Assembly (NCBI GenBank): GCA_048884965.1
Contig: JBHLQH010000024.1
Location: 1-47,633, forward strand
Length of the DNA: 47,633 nt
Origin: Candidatus Thorarchaeota archaeon
Lineage (GTDB): Archaea > Asgardarchaeota > Thorarchaeia > Thorarchaeales > Thorarchaeaceae
Direction of reading: 5' to 3'
Below, piece by piece: positions 38,442 through 47,561 of this stretch; position 1 is the first letter of the stretch; every line of letters begins with the position of its first letter. The notes below the pieces were generated by a model that ran no database searches, was not told the origin of the DNA, and was given only the letters and a program-made list of their open reading frames with translations. Position numbers and translations under genes: made by a program.

Positions 38442-39377
38442 ATGAAACTGACATTTAGTGATATGCGAATCACAACTGCTTTTGTGTTGGTTTTCCTCAT
38501 AGTAACACCTCTAGAAATATCAGCTGTGTCAACCTTTCAGGAATCGTCTGAGGATCTGGAAGGAGTAAGTGTTGCTTTATGGACGGGTCATGGAGCACTT
38601 GAGAGCAGTGTCATTGCTCTTGAGTATTTGTTTGCTTGGATGAATGCTACTGTGATTCCTACAAATGAAACACACATACTAAACGGAGGCCTTGAAGATA
38701 TCGACGTTCTCGTTTTTCCGGGTGGAAGCACAAGTTCGTATTCGTCCTCTCTAGGTTCTGAAGGTAAGCAACTTATTCGTGATTTTATTTCAGGCGGAGG
38801 ATCATACTTTGGTATCTGTGGTGGAAGCCTCTTTGGAACAAGATTGCGTCTGAATCTCTTCAACGGATCATATATCGGACCTACAGCAGGGGAGGGGACT
38901 CGCATGATGAATATGAGTGTTAATAGAGAATCATCTGGTCCAGATCTTACCAGCGAGCCTGAAACCTATGAACTTCTTTACTGGAACTCAGCGTACTTCA
39001 GTGCGGATAATATGACAGGTATCATTCCAATTGTAACATATCCTTCAAATGGTGAAGCCGCAATGATTGCCTTTCATTACGGATTTGGCACAGTCTTTCT
39101 CTCAAGCCCTCATCCAGAGTATGAAGAGAATGATGATCGAGATGGAACCACAGATTTCGATTATTATGATGATCAGGATTCAGAATGGGGACTCCTGCTA
39201 AAGGTGACGAAGTGGTTAGTGGATGATTCACCTGAGCCCAGTACAACACTTCCACCTACTGAATCGATAACAGACTTGTCAGACAGGGATATTCCCGAAG
39301 TGACTATCATCTACACGATCATAGGTGTGATCGGAGTAATTGCGATTATTACGATAGTTATTCTCAAGCATCGCTAA
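38442..39377 (+). CDS. BPL-N (class I glutamine-amidotransferase-like) domain protein, secreted and C-terminally membrane-anchored
   Basis: VFPGG, IRDFISGGGSYFGICGG, LSSPHPE. Signal peptide, P/T-rich stalk, C-terminal TM. Confidence 0.8.
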   Translation: MKLTFSDMRITTAFVLVFLIVTPLEISAVSTFQESSEDLEGVSVALWTGHGALESSVIALEYLFAWMNATVIPTNETHILNGGLEDIDVLVFPGGSTSSYSSSLGSEGKQLIRDFISGGGSYFGICGGSLFGTRLRLNLFNGSYIGPTAGEGTRMMNMSVNRESSGPDLTSEPETYELLYWNSAYFSADNMTGIIPIVTYPSNGEAAMIAFHYGFGTVFLSSPHPEYEENDDRDGTTDFDYYDDQDSEWGLLLKVTKWLVDDSPEPSTTLPPTESITDLSDRDIPEVTIIYTIIGVIGVIAIITIVILKHR

Positions 39378-39523
39378 CATCGTAGAGAAAAGAATAGATA
39401 CCTACGTTCATTTTTCCGAGGTGTTTAGAAAAAAGAATCCCTTACGACCAATCAATGAAGAGAATAGTACTATTACGGGAGCTTGTTTATATCCCACCTT
39501 TCTCATAACATATCAATTGAAAA

Positions 39524-40747
39524 TTGAGGATGAAAGAACCTGATACTCATCTCTCTCAAAAGCCACGTTATCTTTTCCTTGATAACATAAAGGTCCTATT
39601 CACCATCTTAGTGATATATTGGCATGTGATGGTTACATATGTCGATGCGGGGTGGTGGTACTACAAGGAATCAAATCCGACTGATCCTATCAGTTACATT
39701 TTCCTTCTATTACTGGTGTCAATTGGAGGTATATTCCAAACCTCGTTGTTGGGCTTGTTCTTTCTACTAGGAGGATACTTCACTCCAAATAGCTATGACA
39801 GAAAGGGCGGCTATCTTTTCTGGAAAGAACGCATCATTCGAATCGGAATCCCTCTTCTACTATATGTCGTTCTAATCAATCCGCTTATGATCTACACTCT
39901 ATCCCTATTGGATGTACCTCCCTGGAATACATCACCCTATCTCCAAGGATCGTTCTTTGATTATTACTTTATCAGGTTCCAAACATGGGAGGGTATAATC
40001 GATTTCTTCTCATTTGGGGGACCAATGTGGTTCCTCAGAGTTCTTCTGCTCTTGACAGCTGTCTACACACTAGTACGACAGATTATGAAATTCGATTCGG
40101 TGCAACGAAGAGTACCAAAGGAAATTGCAATCCCAAGATTCGCCTATTTACTACTTCTAGCTATTATGCTGGGTCTACTCACTTTCATAGTTCGCATCTT
40201 CCTGCCCATTGATGACCGTCCTTTAGAGATACCGTGGGGACAACTCATTCAATATTTCATGATGTTCAGTGTTGGTGTAATTTGTGTGCGCAATAGATGG
40301 TTCGAGAAGATAACTAAAAAGCAAGTCCAAATCTGGCTGGTCGCAATCATTATCTCCATGTTTCTAGTCTATCTCGACTTCTTTCTTATTCTGGGAGTCG
40401 AGGCAGATCTTTCGGTTTTTTCAGGAGGATTCAATATTCATGCGCTTCTCTTTTCCATTGTGGACAATGTGATTTGCATGGGTGTGATCTTTGTCCTGAT
40501 CAAGGTATTCTATGCGAAATTCAGCAACCAGGGATCCTTGCTTCGTAGCTTCTCAAATAATGCCTATCACATGTATCTTGTTCATCCACCAATTCTTGTT
40601 TCACTATCTCTTGGATTTGCGTTTCTTGAACTTAATCCCATTGCAAAAATCGGTCTGGTGTTTCCTCTAGCTGTACTCTTATGCTATCTAACAAGTCAGC
40701 TTGTCATCAGCAAGGTGCATTTGAATAGGCGAGCTTCGTCAGTATAG
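39524..40747 (+). CDS. Acyltransferase-3 family membrane protein (OpgC/MdoC-like)
   Basis: RYLFLDNIK..VIYWH, LFFLLGGYF, ERIIRIGIP, PMWFL, YHMYLVH. Confidence 0.85.
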   Translation: MRMKEPDTHLSQKPRYLFLDNIKVLFTILVIYWHVMVTYVDAGWWYYKESNPTDPISYIFLLLLVSIGGIFQTSLLGLFFLLGGYFTPNSYDRKGGYLFWKERIIRIGIPLLLYVVLINPLMIYTLSLLDVPPWNTSPYLQGSFFDYYFIRFQTWEGIIDFFSFGGPMWFLRVLLLLTAVYTLVRQIMKFDSVQRRVPKEIAIPRFAYLLLLAIMLGLLTFIVRIFLPIDDRPLEIPWGQLIQYFMMFSVGVICVRNRWFEKITKKQVQIWLVAIIISMFLVYLDFFLILGVEADLSVFSGGFNIHALLFSIVDNVICMGVIFVLIKVFYAKFSNQGSLLRSFSNNAYHMYLVHPPILVSLSLGFAFLELNPIAKIGLVFPLAVLLCYLTSQLVISKVHLNRRASSV

Positions 40748-40866
40748 AGCGGTCTACTCCTTCTTGCATAGCTGTGTGTCCACAAGGATGCATGCTTGCA
40801 GAGTGAACAGACTTAATACTAGGAACGAACCCCGAGTACTGTCATCAGGAAACGGAGAGATTTGAC

Positions 40867-41685
40867 TTGATACACACCAGACCTCTTCTTGTATGGATAA
40901 TTGCCATTGTCCCCCTAACGATTGCTTTCAGTGCGACAAGTGAAGCAGGATGGGTTCTTCTACTCTTCCCAGCAATGGCGATTGTTGGAACTCTAATTGG
41001 TTTTCTTCTTGCGCCAATTTTCTTGTGGATCTACAAGAAAGCCATCGGAAGAAATCAAGTATTTGCATTCCATGAGAAATCTTCTGATGCAGGTCCTCAT
41101 GGGATGTTCATGGGATTGTTCCCAGCATTGATGGCAACCAACTTTGCGCTAAGCCTGATATTCAATCCTGTTATAATGGAAATCGTATGGTTTCAAGAAT
41201 ACTATCTTCAATGGAATGGAATCATTTTCCTATTCTTTAATTTGGGAGGATACCTTCAAGCTCCGGCATTTGCTCTCTTTGCGGCTGCATGGATTATTCA
41301 AGATTCTGGGATGATAACAATGGACAAAGGTGAAGCAAGCGCAGGGATTGGACCTACTGAGCTTCAATCTGTTGGTAGATGGTTCTTGTCGTTCCTGAAG
41401 GGTTATGCTGGGATAGGAGTAGTATTAGCGTTGTACCAATTCACCTTCGAATTTCTTGCAATCTACACTACTCAAGTCCATTATTCAGCAGTCATCTTTC
41501 TAGTCATACTCCCTGTCATCAGCTCGTTGTGGGTGATTCCTGCGATTGTCCTAGTAAACGCTTCTCATGGAATGAGACAGAATTATATCATGAGCATTGC
41601 CAAGAGAATGGGAATCGAGGATGAGTTCGAAGCAAAGATCATAATGAAAGAAAATCAAGAACCAAACAAATTGATGACAGATTAG
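40867..41685 (+). CDS. Hypothetical polytopic membrane protein
   Basis: 272 aa with about 6 TM; DSG and SVGRWF..FLKGYAG segments. Start uncertain. Confidence 0.65.
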   Translation: MIHTRPLLVWIIAIVPLTIAFSATSEAGWVLLLFPAMAIVGTLIGFLLAPIFLWIYKKAIGRNQVFAFHEKSSDAGPHGMFMGLFPALMATNFALSLIFNPVIMEIVWFQEYYLQWNGIIFLFFNLGGYLQAPAFALFAAAWIIQDSGMITMDKGEASAGIGPTELQSVGRWFLSFLKGYAGIGVVLALYQFTFEFLAIYTTQVHYSAVIFLVILPVISSLWVIPAIVLVNASHGMRQNYIMSIAKRMGIEDEFEAKIIMKENQEPNKLMTD

Positions 41686-41686
41686 A

Positions 41687-42622
41687 CTACTCTATCACTA
41701 TCTTATCCATGAAATCAAGTGATGGGTGTTCAGGGTCTGGATGGACATTCTTGTCCCAATAGAGTTCGTCACAGAAGTGATGATTGAAGAGAGTGACAGA
41801 CCTTCTTTGTCCGAGAGTCTCATAGAGTCGATCCACCAAGAATGTCGTGGGATAGCATTGCGTGAGATATCCGACCTCTGGATCATCAAGATGCTTTAGA
41901 GCATCATATGAGACACAGTTTGTGAATTTGCAGACATGCATATTTTCATCGAACACATACACTGCAAAATCCATATGCTTCGCCTCAGACCAATTCTTGA
42001 TAGATTCTTCTCGAAAGCTTTTCACAGTTCCTTTGATCTTTTCCTCAACAGGTAGCTGGGAACGATAGAGTACAAAGTCCTTGTATAGTTGGATGCCATC
42101 TTCTCTCCCTAAGACATCGATCATTGCTTTTATCCGATGATATCTTGGAACTGATACGCAACCAACATTCTTCACTCTAGGGACAGTCACTGTCGCATCC
42201 TTGGCATCTTGAGAGACTGCCAAACCCAGATTCGCATATACAAATCCAAATATGAGTCGATACAAACTAGGAAACTGATCAATCGTTGGATACTTTTCCA
42301 TGTACTCTGTGAAGTCACGATTTCCCTCATCGGCATGTGGGGCTTCAGCTTCGCCTTCAAGTCGCAATTCAATAGCTTCAACAAATCCAACTATTATATC
42401 AGGCCGCACCATTTGAACGAATTCCAGCATATTGTGTGTATCAGCAAAAACTACATCTATTCTGCCAGAGGGATTCGTTTCACTTGAAGCATCGGGGTCG
42501 TATGCTTTGTAAACTTCATACTTCATTTCCTCAACTGTACACTTCCAATGTATTGAATGACCTCTTCTACGCAACTTTAATTGCATCGACGAAATTTCGT
42601 TTTTGTCCTGCTCGATGTTCAA
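41687..42622 (-). CDS. Protein with C-terminal L-2-amino-thiazoline-4-carboxylate hydrolase-like domain
   Basis: Three-Cys pattern FTNC..EVGY..C..RSVTL....FCD resembles the ATC_hydrolase family. Confidence 0.6.
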   Translation of the reverse strand: MNIEQDKNEISSMQLKLRRRGHSIHWKCTVEEMKYEVYKAYDPDASSETNPSGRIDVVFADTHNMLEFVQMVRPDIIVGFVEAIELRLEGEAEAPHADEGNRDFTEYMEKYPTIDQFPSLYRLIFGFVYANLGLAVSQDAKDATVTVPRVKNVGCVSVPRYHRIKAMIDVLGREDGIQLYKDFVLYRSQLPVEEKIKGTVKSFREESIKNWSEAKHMDFAVYVFDENMHVCKFTNCVSYDALKHLDDPEVGYLTQCYPTTFLVDRLYETLGQRRSVTLFNHHFCDELYWDKNVHPDPEHPSLDFMDKIVIE

Positions 42623-42684
42623 ATCACATATAAAAGCCTGAATTCATATTGAAGTGCAGTGCATTTTCAAATGGAGGGAAATGA

Positions 42685-42930
42685 ATGTCACTTGATAGGG
42701 ACTCGGATTTCAAGAGATACGGAATATGTGTGATACAATTTGTAGCATATATGACTCTAGAAGCTTTGCAGATTGTTGGTTATGCTGTTTCCAATCCTGC
42801 TTTGTTCCCGCTATTCATTTTATTCTTCGTATTTATTCCCCTCATATCATTTGTAGCGTGGTGGTATGTCGGGTATAGAGGAAGTAGAGCTATCAATCCT
42901 CCTTCGAATCAACCATTACTTGACCCATGA
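42685..42930 (+). CDS. Small hypothetical 2-TM protein
   Basis: 81 aa, two hydrophobic helices, GGAGG upstream. Confidence 0.45.
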   Translation: MSLDRDSDFKRYGICVIQFVAYMTLEALQIVGYAVSNPALFPLFILFFVFIPLISFVAWWYVGYRGSRAINPPSNQPLLDP

Positions 42931-43318
42931 AGTAATCTTGGAATTGCCTCCAATCGATAGATTCTACGGAAAGCTTCCACCAAGAGTGATGAGGATTTTG
43001 AACAGCAAGTATGCATTCACAAAGAGGAGTAGTATGATCATGCAATGTGCGCAATCGAAACCCGATTCCTCCGGTCCATATGCAGGGGCAGTACTATATT
43101 CCATAGCAGATAATTTGCAATAATGCATATTTATGCTATATCCCTCATTCGAAATATTTGAGCGATCATTGGTGAGAAGATGACCAGGCACGCGGTCTGA
43201 TTCAATCCAAAAGACGCGAACATGCTAATGCACACACAATATCAAACCTTGAGCTGGAGAGAATGATACCAAATGGATAAATAGAGGACGCTTCAGAAAT
43301 CATATGAGTTGAGCGTGG

Positions 43319-44110
43319 ATGGGTAGTCAGAGAATTCTAAGATACGCATTCGTGTTTTCATTCCTATGTGTGTTCCTGTTGTTGCCCCTTGCACATGCTC
43401 AGACGACTCTTACTATTAATCAGCGCTTGAATAACGAATTTCTCTTCGGACGAGAGAGCCAGTTCTATGAGCCCAACCTCTATCAGATAACCCTTGAAGA
43501 AGGCAATTGGACACTGGTCATAACAAGCTACACTGATTTAGAGGTAAAGGTCACTATTGCAACATATTCCAACATGACAGGTGTCATTGAAGAAACTAGT
43601 TCAATGTATGCTGAGCTCTTGATACTTTTGTTCTATGTACCTTCCAGTGGCATCGTATATATCGAAGTCGAGGAAGCCTCTAACCATGGAGATATTTCTG
43701 GCGTCTATAATATAGGTGTATACGATGAAGAGCATCTTGCATCCGCGACCATTGATACCTTTACTATTCCATCCTCTATTATAATTCCATTCAACATCGA
43801 GCCCATTCTCCTGTTCAGCATTGCGATTTTTGTGATTGGCGTAGCTGTTGTGTGTGTCGTATGCTTAAAGACAAAGTCCAGCTTAGACAAAGTGCAAAAT
43901 CAGATCATCCAAGCACCTCATGCCGCAATTCCACAGAAATATCAAGGCAGAGTCGAGGGAGATGACGGATTACGGGCGGTTCGGGTTCCAGTTAACTGTC
44001 CGTCCTGCAATGCACCATTGTCATCGGAAACAATCGACTGGGTAGGACCACTAGAAGCGAAATGCACGTATTGCGGAGCAACAGTTCGAGCCAAATTCGA
44101 AAGGATATAG
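43319..44110 (+). CDS. Single-pass membrane protein with extracellular beta domain and cytoplasmic zinc ribbon
   Basis: Signal peptide ending AHA, beta-rich domain, TM helix, C-terminal CPSC..CTYC. Confidence 0.75.
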   Translation: MGSQRILRYAFVFSFLCVFLLLPLAHAQTTLTINQRLNNEFLFGRESQFYEPNLYQITLEEGNWTLVITSYTDLEVKVTIATYSNMTGVIEETSSMYAELLILLFYVPSSGIVYIEVEEASNHGDISGVYNIGVYDEEHLASATIDTFTIPSSIIIPFNIEPILLFSIAIFVIGVAVVCVVCLKTKSSLDKVQNQIIQAPHAAIPQKYQGRVEGDDGLRAVRVPVNCPSCNAPLSSETIDWVGPLEAKCTYCGATVRAKFERI

Positions 44111-44175
44111 GAAAAATCCAGCGTTGATGCATGAAATCAAATACTCCGCTCTATGTGTCGAATATGGTTGTAAGG

Positions 44176-44940
44176 ATGGACCTGCGTCTTAGCGGTAAGA
44201 AATACCTAGTAACTGGAGCCTCAAGAGGGCTTGGATTCGCAACAGCTGAAGCACTAGTCAAAGAAGGTGCATATGTCATAATCTGCGGACGAACTGAAGA
44301 AACACTAAAGGTGGCAGCTAAGACGCTTGGCAGCAAAGTTAGGTTTGTAGTAGCAGATATCTCGCAACATGAAGATATAGACCGACTTCTAGAGAATATA
44401 GAAACCACCGAAGGCATACTTGACGGGGTCTTCATTAACGCAGGAGGACCGCCAGCTGGCACCTTAGAAAACCTTACCGAAGATGAGTGGGAAGATAGCT
44501 TTAACCTTGTACTTATGAGCGTGGTTCGAATCACTCGTGGGGCGATCCCACTTCTATTAGGAGCCACAAGTCCTTCGATTCTCTATAATACCTCATCATC
44601 AGTAAAGCAACCTACCAAGAACTACATCTTGGCAAATTCATTGCGTACATCTGTCATCGGTTTGATGAGAACGCTAGCTGATGAGTTAGGTCCTATCGGC
44701 ATTAGAATCAATGCAATATGCCCAGGAAGTTTCAATACTTCACCAAGTGGGAAAACTAGAATTGGACTGGACGATCAGAATGAATCACTTCAACCGCAAA
44801 CCGAAGGCATTCCTCTAAAGAGAATTGGCGAACCTCACGAGTTTGGGGCTGTTTCAGCATTCCTACTTAGTCCGGTGGCAAGCTACATCCATGGAACGCT
44901 ATTACTTATTGATGGTGGTAAGTACCGAGGGTCAATGTAA
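44176..44940 (+). CDS. SDR oxidoreductase (BKR-like subgroup without canonical YxxxK)
   Basis: Likely start ATG 44176 (MDLRLSGKK; ORF track starts at 44131). TGASRGLG, NAGGPP, LANSLR, NAICPG, ASYIHG..IDGG. Confidence 0.85.
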   Translation: MDLRLSGKKYLVTGASRGLGFATAEALVKEGAYVIICGRTEETLKVAAKTLGSKVRFVVADISQHEDIDRLLENIETTEGILDGVFINAGGPPAGTLENLTEDEWEDSFNLVLMSVVRITRGAIPLLLGATSPSILYNTSSSVKQPTKNYILANSLRTSVIGLMRTLADELGPIGIRINAICPGSFNTSPSGKTRIGLDDQNESLQPQTEGIPLKRIGEPHEFGAVSAFLLSPVASYIHGTLLLIDGGKYRGSM

Positions 44941-45156
44941 GAAACTGAATACTTCCCTTCTATGGTTGTGAGAGTATATGGTGACTAAGGCAAGCACACC
45001 GTTCATTTAGGAATAGATCTTGATCAGGTGAGAGGAAAGAAAAGGTGGATTAACCGAAGCAACTTCTACTACTTGGTCTTTTCACAAACTCTGAAACATA
45101 TTGAAAATCCCACATAGGTTTATCTCACGGGAATTGATACATGCTTACTGAGCAAA

Positions 45157-45828
45157 ATGAGAAAGAGATCGATGTGCATCTTTTTTGTTCTGTTACTTGC
45201 TGTTGCACTAATAGCTGGCGGACTCTATGCAGTCATGTCCCAGACAGAACTAGTGGAATATGATGAAACGGTGGTTTTCTTGGAGGATTATAATCCAACT
45301 GCGCAGAATATCTCAATCTACTATGATGTATGCTTCCACAATGTATCATTCAACGTGGTCGATGATCCTGGATTTATGATCAAGATACACTATAAACTCA
45401 CAGTCCTAGTTGAGGGAGCAGTTGGAAAGAACACAAACCTCCAAGTGACGAACAGCACGCATGGACGGTACGTGACGATTCAGATATTAAAGGAGAATCC
45501 TTCTGACATATGTGCACTACATGCAGGCGATGCGGAAGCTTTTGTGAATGTCACCATCAACAGAGCATATACTCTTGACATCGAAGCATCAGCAGGAGAT
45601 GGGAACATCAACCTAACAGCTAGCGAAGCAACTTTTGACAATATCTATTTCCACCATGGTATCAATTGTGCAGGGAACAATGGGATTGATATCACGAACT
45701 CTTCAATCTATGAGGACCTAACCTGCCAAGTATCTACTGGCCGCTATTGGGTAAGACTAGATAGTGTACTTGTTCGCGGAACGATATCTTGTACCCCCGA
45801 AGGAAGTGGAACACTAGTAGTGCTGTGA
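45157..45828 (+). CDS. N-terminally anchored beta-rich hypothetical protein (DUF4097/adhesin-like)
   Basis: N-terminal TM, then short beta repeats (GDGNINL, STGRYWV, GSGTLVV). Confidence 0.55.
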   Translation: MRKRSMCIFFVLLLAVALIAGGLYAVMSQTELVEYDETVVFLEDYNPTAQNISIYYDVCFHNVSFNVVDDPGFMIKIHYKLTVLVEGAVGKNTNLQVTNSTHGRYVTIQILKENPSDICALHAGDAEAFVNVTINRAYTLDIEASAGDGNINLTASEATFDNIYFHHGINCAGNNGIDITNSSIYEDLTCQVSTGRYWVRLDSVLVRGTISCTPEGSGTLVVL

Positions 45829-46118
45829 TTGCCAATCAATACTCAGAGGAATTTCCGGTTTGACTTGATGCCCTAGATTCCTTAATTTACTAAATCCTTT
45901 TCCAGCCAATGATGGAACGAAATCAAAAGAGTTATTGAAGCACTGGAATAGTTGTTGAATACAAAGGATGAATACTTAACGTTTCATTTCAGATTCGACA
46001 AAAGTAGTAAAAAAAGCACTCAGATGTGAAAATATATTACACTAGTAATCTATGTTGAAATGCAGTAAATCAGACCTGTAGTATAATATGGGTCATATTT
46101 CTTGTAGCTGGAATACGA

Positions 46119-46370
46119 ATGAGAAGAGGTAGTCTGAAGGGATTTGCAGGGAGCATTACTAGAGTCGTCAACATAAAAGGTACAAAAGAGGAATTTTTCA
46201 TTAAGGGTCATGAAAATTCGACCTTTGAGGAAGCGATTCGACAATCATGGCCATATGAAAACAACGATCTAAAGAAGAAATGGAAAGTAGTTGCTTCATC
46301 AGGGGAAGATCTCACAAAACGAAAGATCTCAAGCTATGATGAAACTGTCATTCTTGAGTTCCTCTCATGA
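46119..46370 (+). CDS. Small protein with putative ubiquitin-like beta-grasp fold, no C-terminal GG
   Basis: 83 aa. By-eye correspondence to ubiquitin: ENSTFEEA vs PSDTIENV, WKVVASSGEDLTKRKISSY vs QRLIFAGKQLEDGRTLSDY, ETVILEF vs STLHLVL. Confidence 0.5.
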   Translation: MRRGSLKGFAGSITRVVNIKGTKEEFFIKGHENSTFEEAIRQSWPYENNDLKKKWKVVASSGEDLTKRKISSYDETVILEFLS

Positions 46371-46523
46371 AATATGCCAAATTGCATCATGATCACTGAT
46401 CTCCAAATCGGATATCAGAGAGCATAAGACGTTTTTATCATGCAAAGAGATGTATCAAGATTCAGGTCACTCTAGGAAAATCATAAGCATAATGATAACG
46501 TATGCTTCCTCTCTTGTTGAGGT

Positions 46524-47558
46524 TCAACTCAAGAAACAGTGAGGGTCTTTTGAAAAAGCATCGCCGCTTTCGCCAAATGCAACTCCTCTGCAGCCTCCAC
46601 AGATGAGAACTTTTTCGCATTGATTGCAGGCAAGATTTGATCTGTTTCTCAAGCGGTTCATTATTGGAGATGAAATCCAAATATCAAGCAGACTTGAATC
46701 AAAGACATTTCCAGCTTCTATGGGGAGCCTGCGACAGGGATAGACTGTTCCGTCCGTAAGTACATCTAAAATTAATTGACCTGCGGAACAACCTGCAAAG
46801 TCATTCTTAGAGGGTTCAACGATTTCCCAAAGGGGATCTCGTTTAACAATCTCAACGAGACAATTTTTCGACATACGCTCAAGTCGCTCAAATGCATCAT
46901 TTACTTCTGATGCTGATAGATTCTCTGAGTCTATTTGACAACCATTCCCTAGTGGTATGAATCGACCAAAAGCCACTCGTTTAACTCCCAAGCTCTCAGC
47001 GAGCTCAATCAGAGATTCAAGGTCACGAAGATTTCGCTTCATGAGTGTGAGCATGACAGTCACTTCGATACCTGCGCTGACGAGCAGTTCAATCCCACTT
47101 GTAGCAGATTCAAATGATCCTGGACCTCTAATGGAATCATGAACACTCTTCATTCCATCCAAGCTGACCTGCACATAGCGAACCTTTGATTTCTGTAGCT
47201 CATGTGCAATATCCTTCGTTATCAATGTCCCATTCGTCAAGACACGGGGAACCAATCTTTCTCGAATTAGATGCTGAATTGCCCTGATTAGATGAGGCCA
47301 GAGGAGAGGCTCGCCGCCTGTTAGATATACCGTCCCTTCAACCTTGCCAATCCTTAGGATATCCTTGAACTGAGAAATGATGCTCTGAAACCTATCAAAG
47401 CTCAAATCATCTGTCCAAGATTCACTATAACAATGAGAACATCTAAGATTGCATTGCTCAGTTACGTGAAGTTGTAGAGCAAATGGCTGAGAGGAACTCC
47501 GAATAAAGATGACGGGAGTTTCAGAAAGAAGAACGCAATCCCTATTGACGCCATCCAT
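46524..47558 (-). CDS. Radical SAM/SPASM domain protein, putative peptide maturase
   Basis: CNLRCSHC, TGGEPL, LTNG, QVSLDG. SPASM: CSAG..DGTVYPC..GN..CNQC-x5-CGGCR..DPHC. Confidence 0.92.
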   Translation of the reverse strand: MDGVNRDCVLLSETPVIFIRSSSQPFALQLHVTEQCNLRCSHCYSESWTDDLSFDRFQSIISQFKDILRIGKVEGTVYLTGGEPLLWPHLIRAIQHLIRERLVPRVLTNGTLITKDIAHELQKSKVRYVQVSLDGMKSVHDSIRGPGSFESATSGIELLVSAGIEVTVMLTLMKRNLRDLESLIELAESLGVKRVAFGRFIPLGNGCQIDSENLSASEVNDAFERLERMSKNCLVEIVKRDPLWEIVEPSKNDFAGCSAGQLILDVLTDGTVYPCRRLPIEAGNVFDSSLLDIWISSPIMNRLRNRSNLACNQCEKVLICGGCRGVAFGESGDAFSKDPHCFLS

Positions 47559-47561
47559 ATT

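Noticed and set aside
42866-43191. Overlapping short ORFs 42866..43123 (+) and 42964..43191 (-)
   Set aside because: No motifs, and they overlap each other. Neither can be supported as a gene or pseudogene.
343-47142. Many 60-170 aa antisense or alternate-frame ORFs in the track (e.g. 814..1227, 13441..13806, 30042..30554, 44151..44567)
   Set aside because: They lie inside well-supported genes and have no motifs, so they are shadow ORFs.
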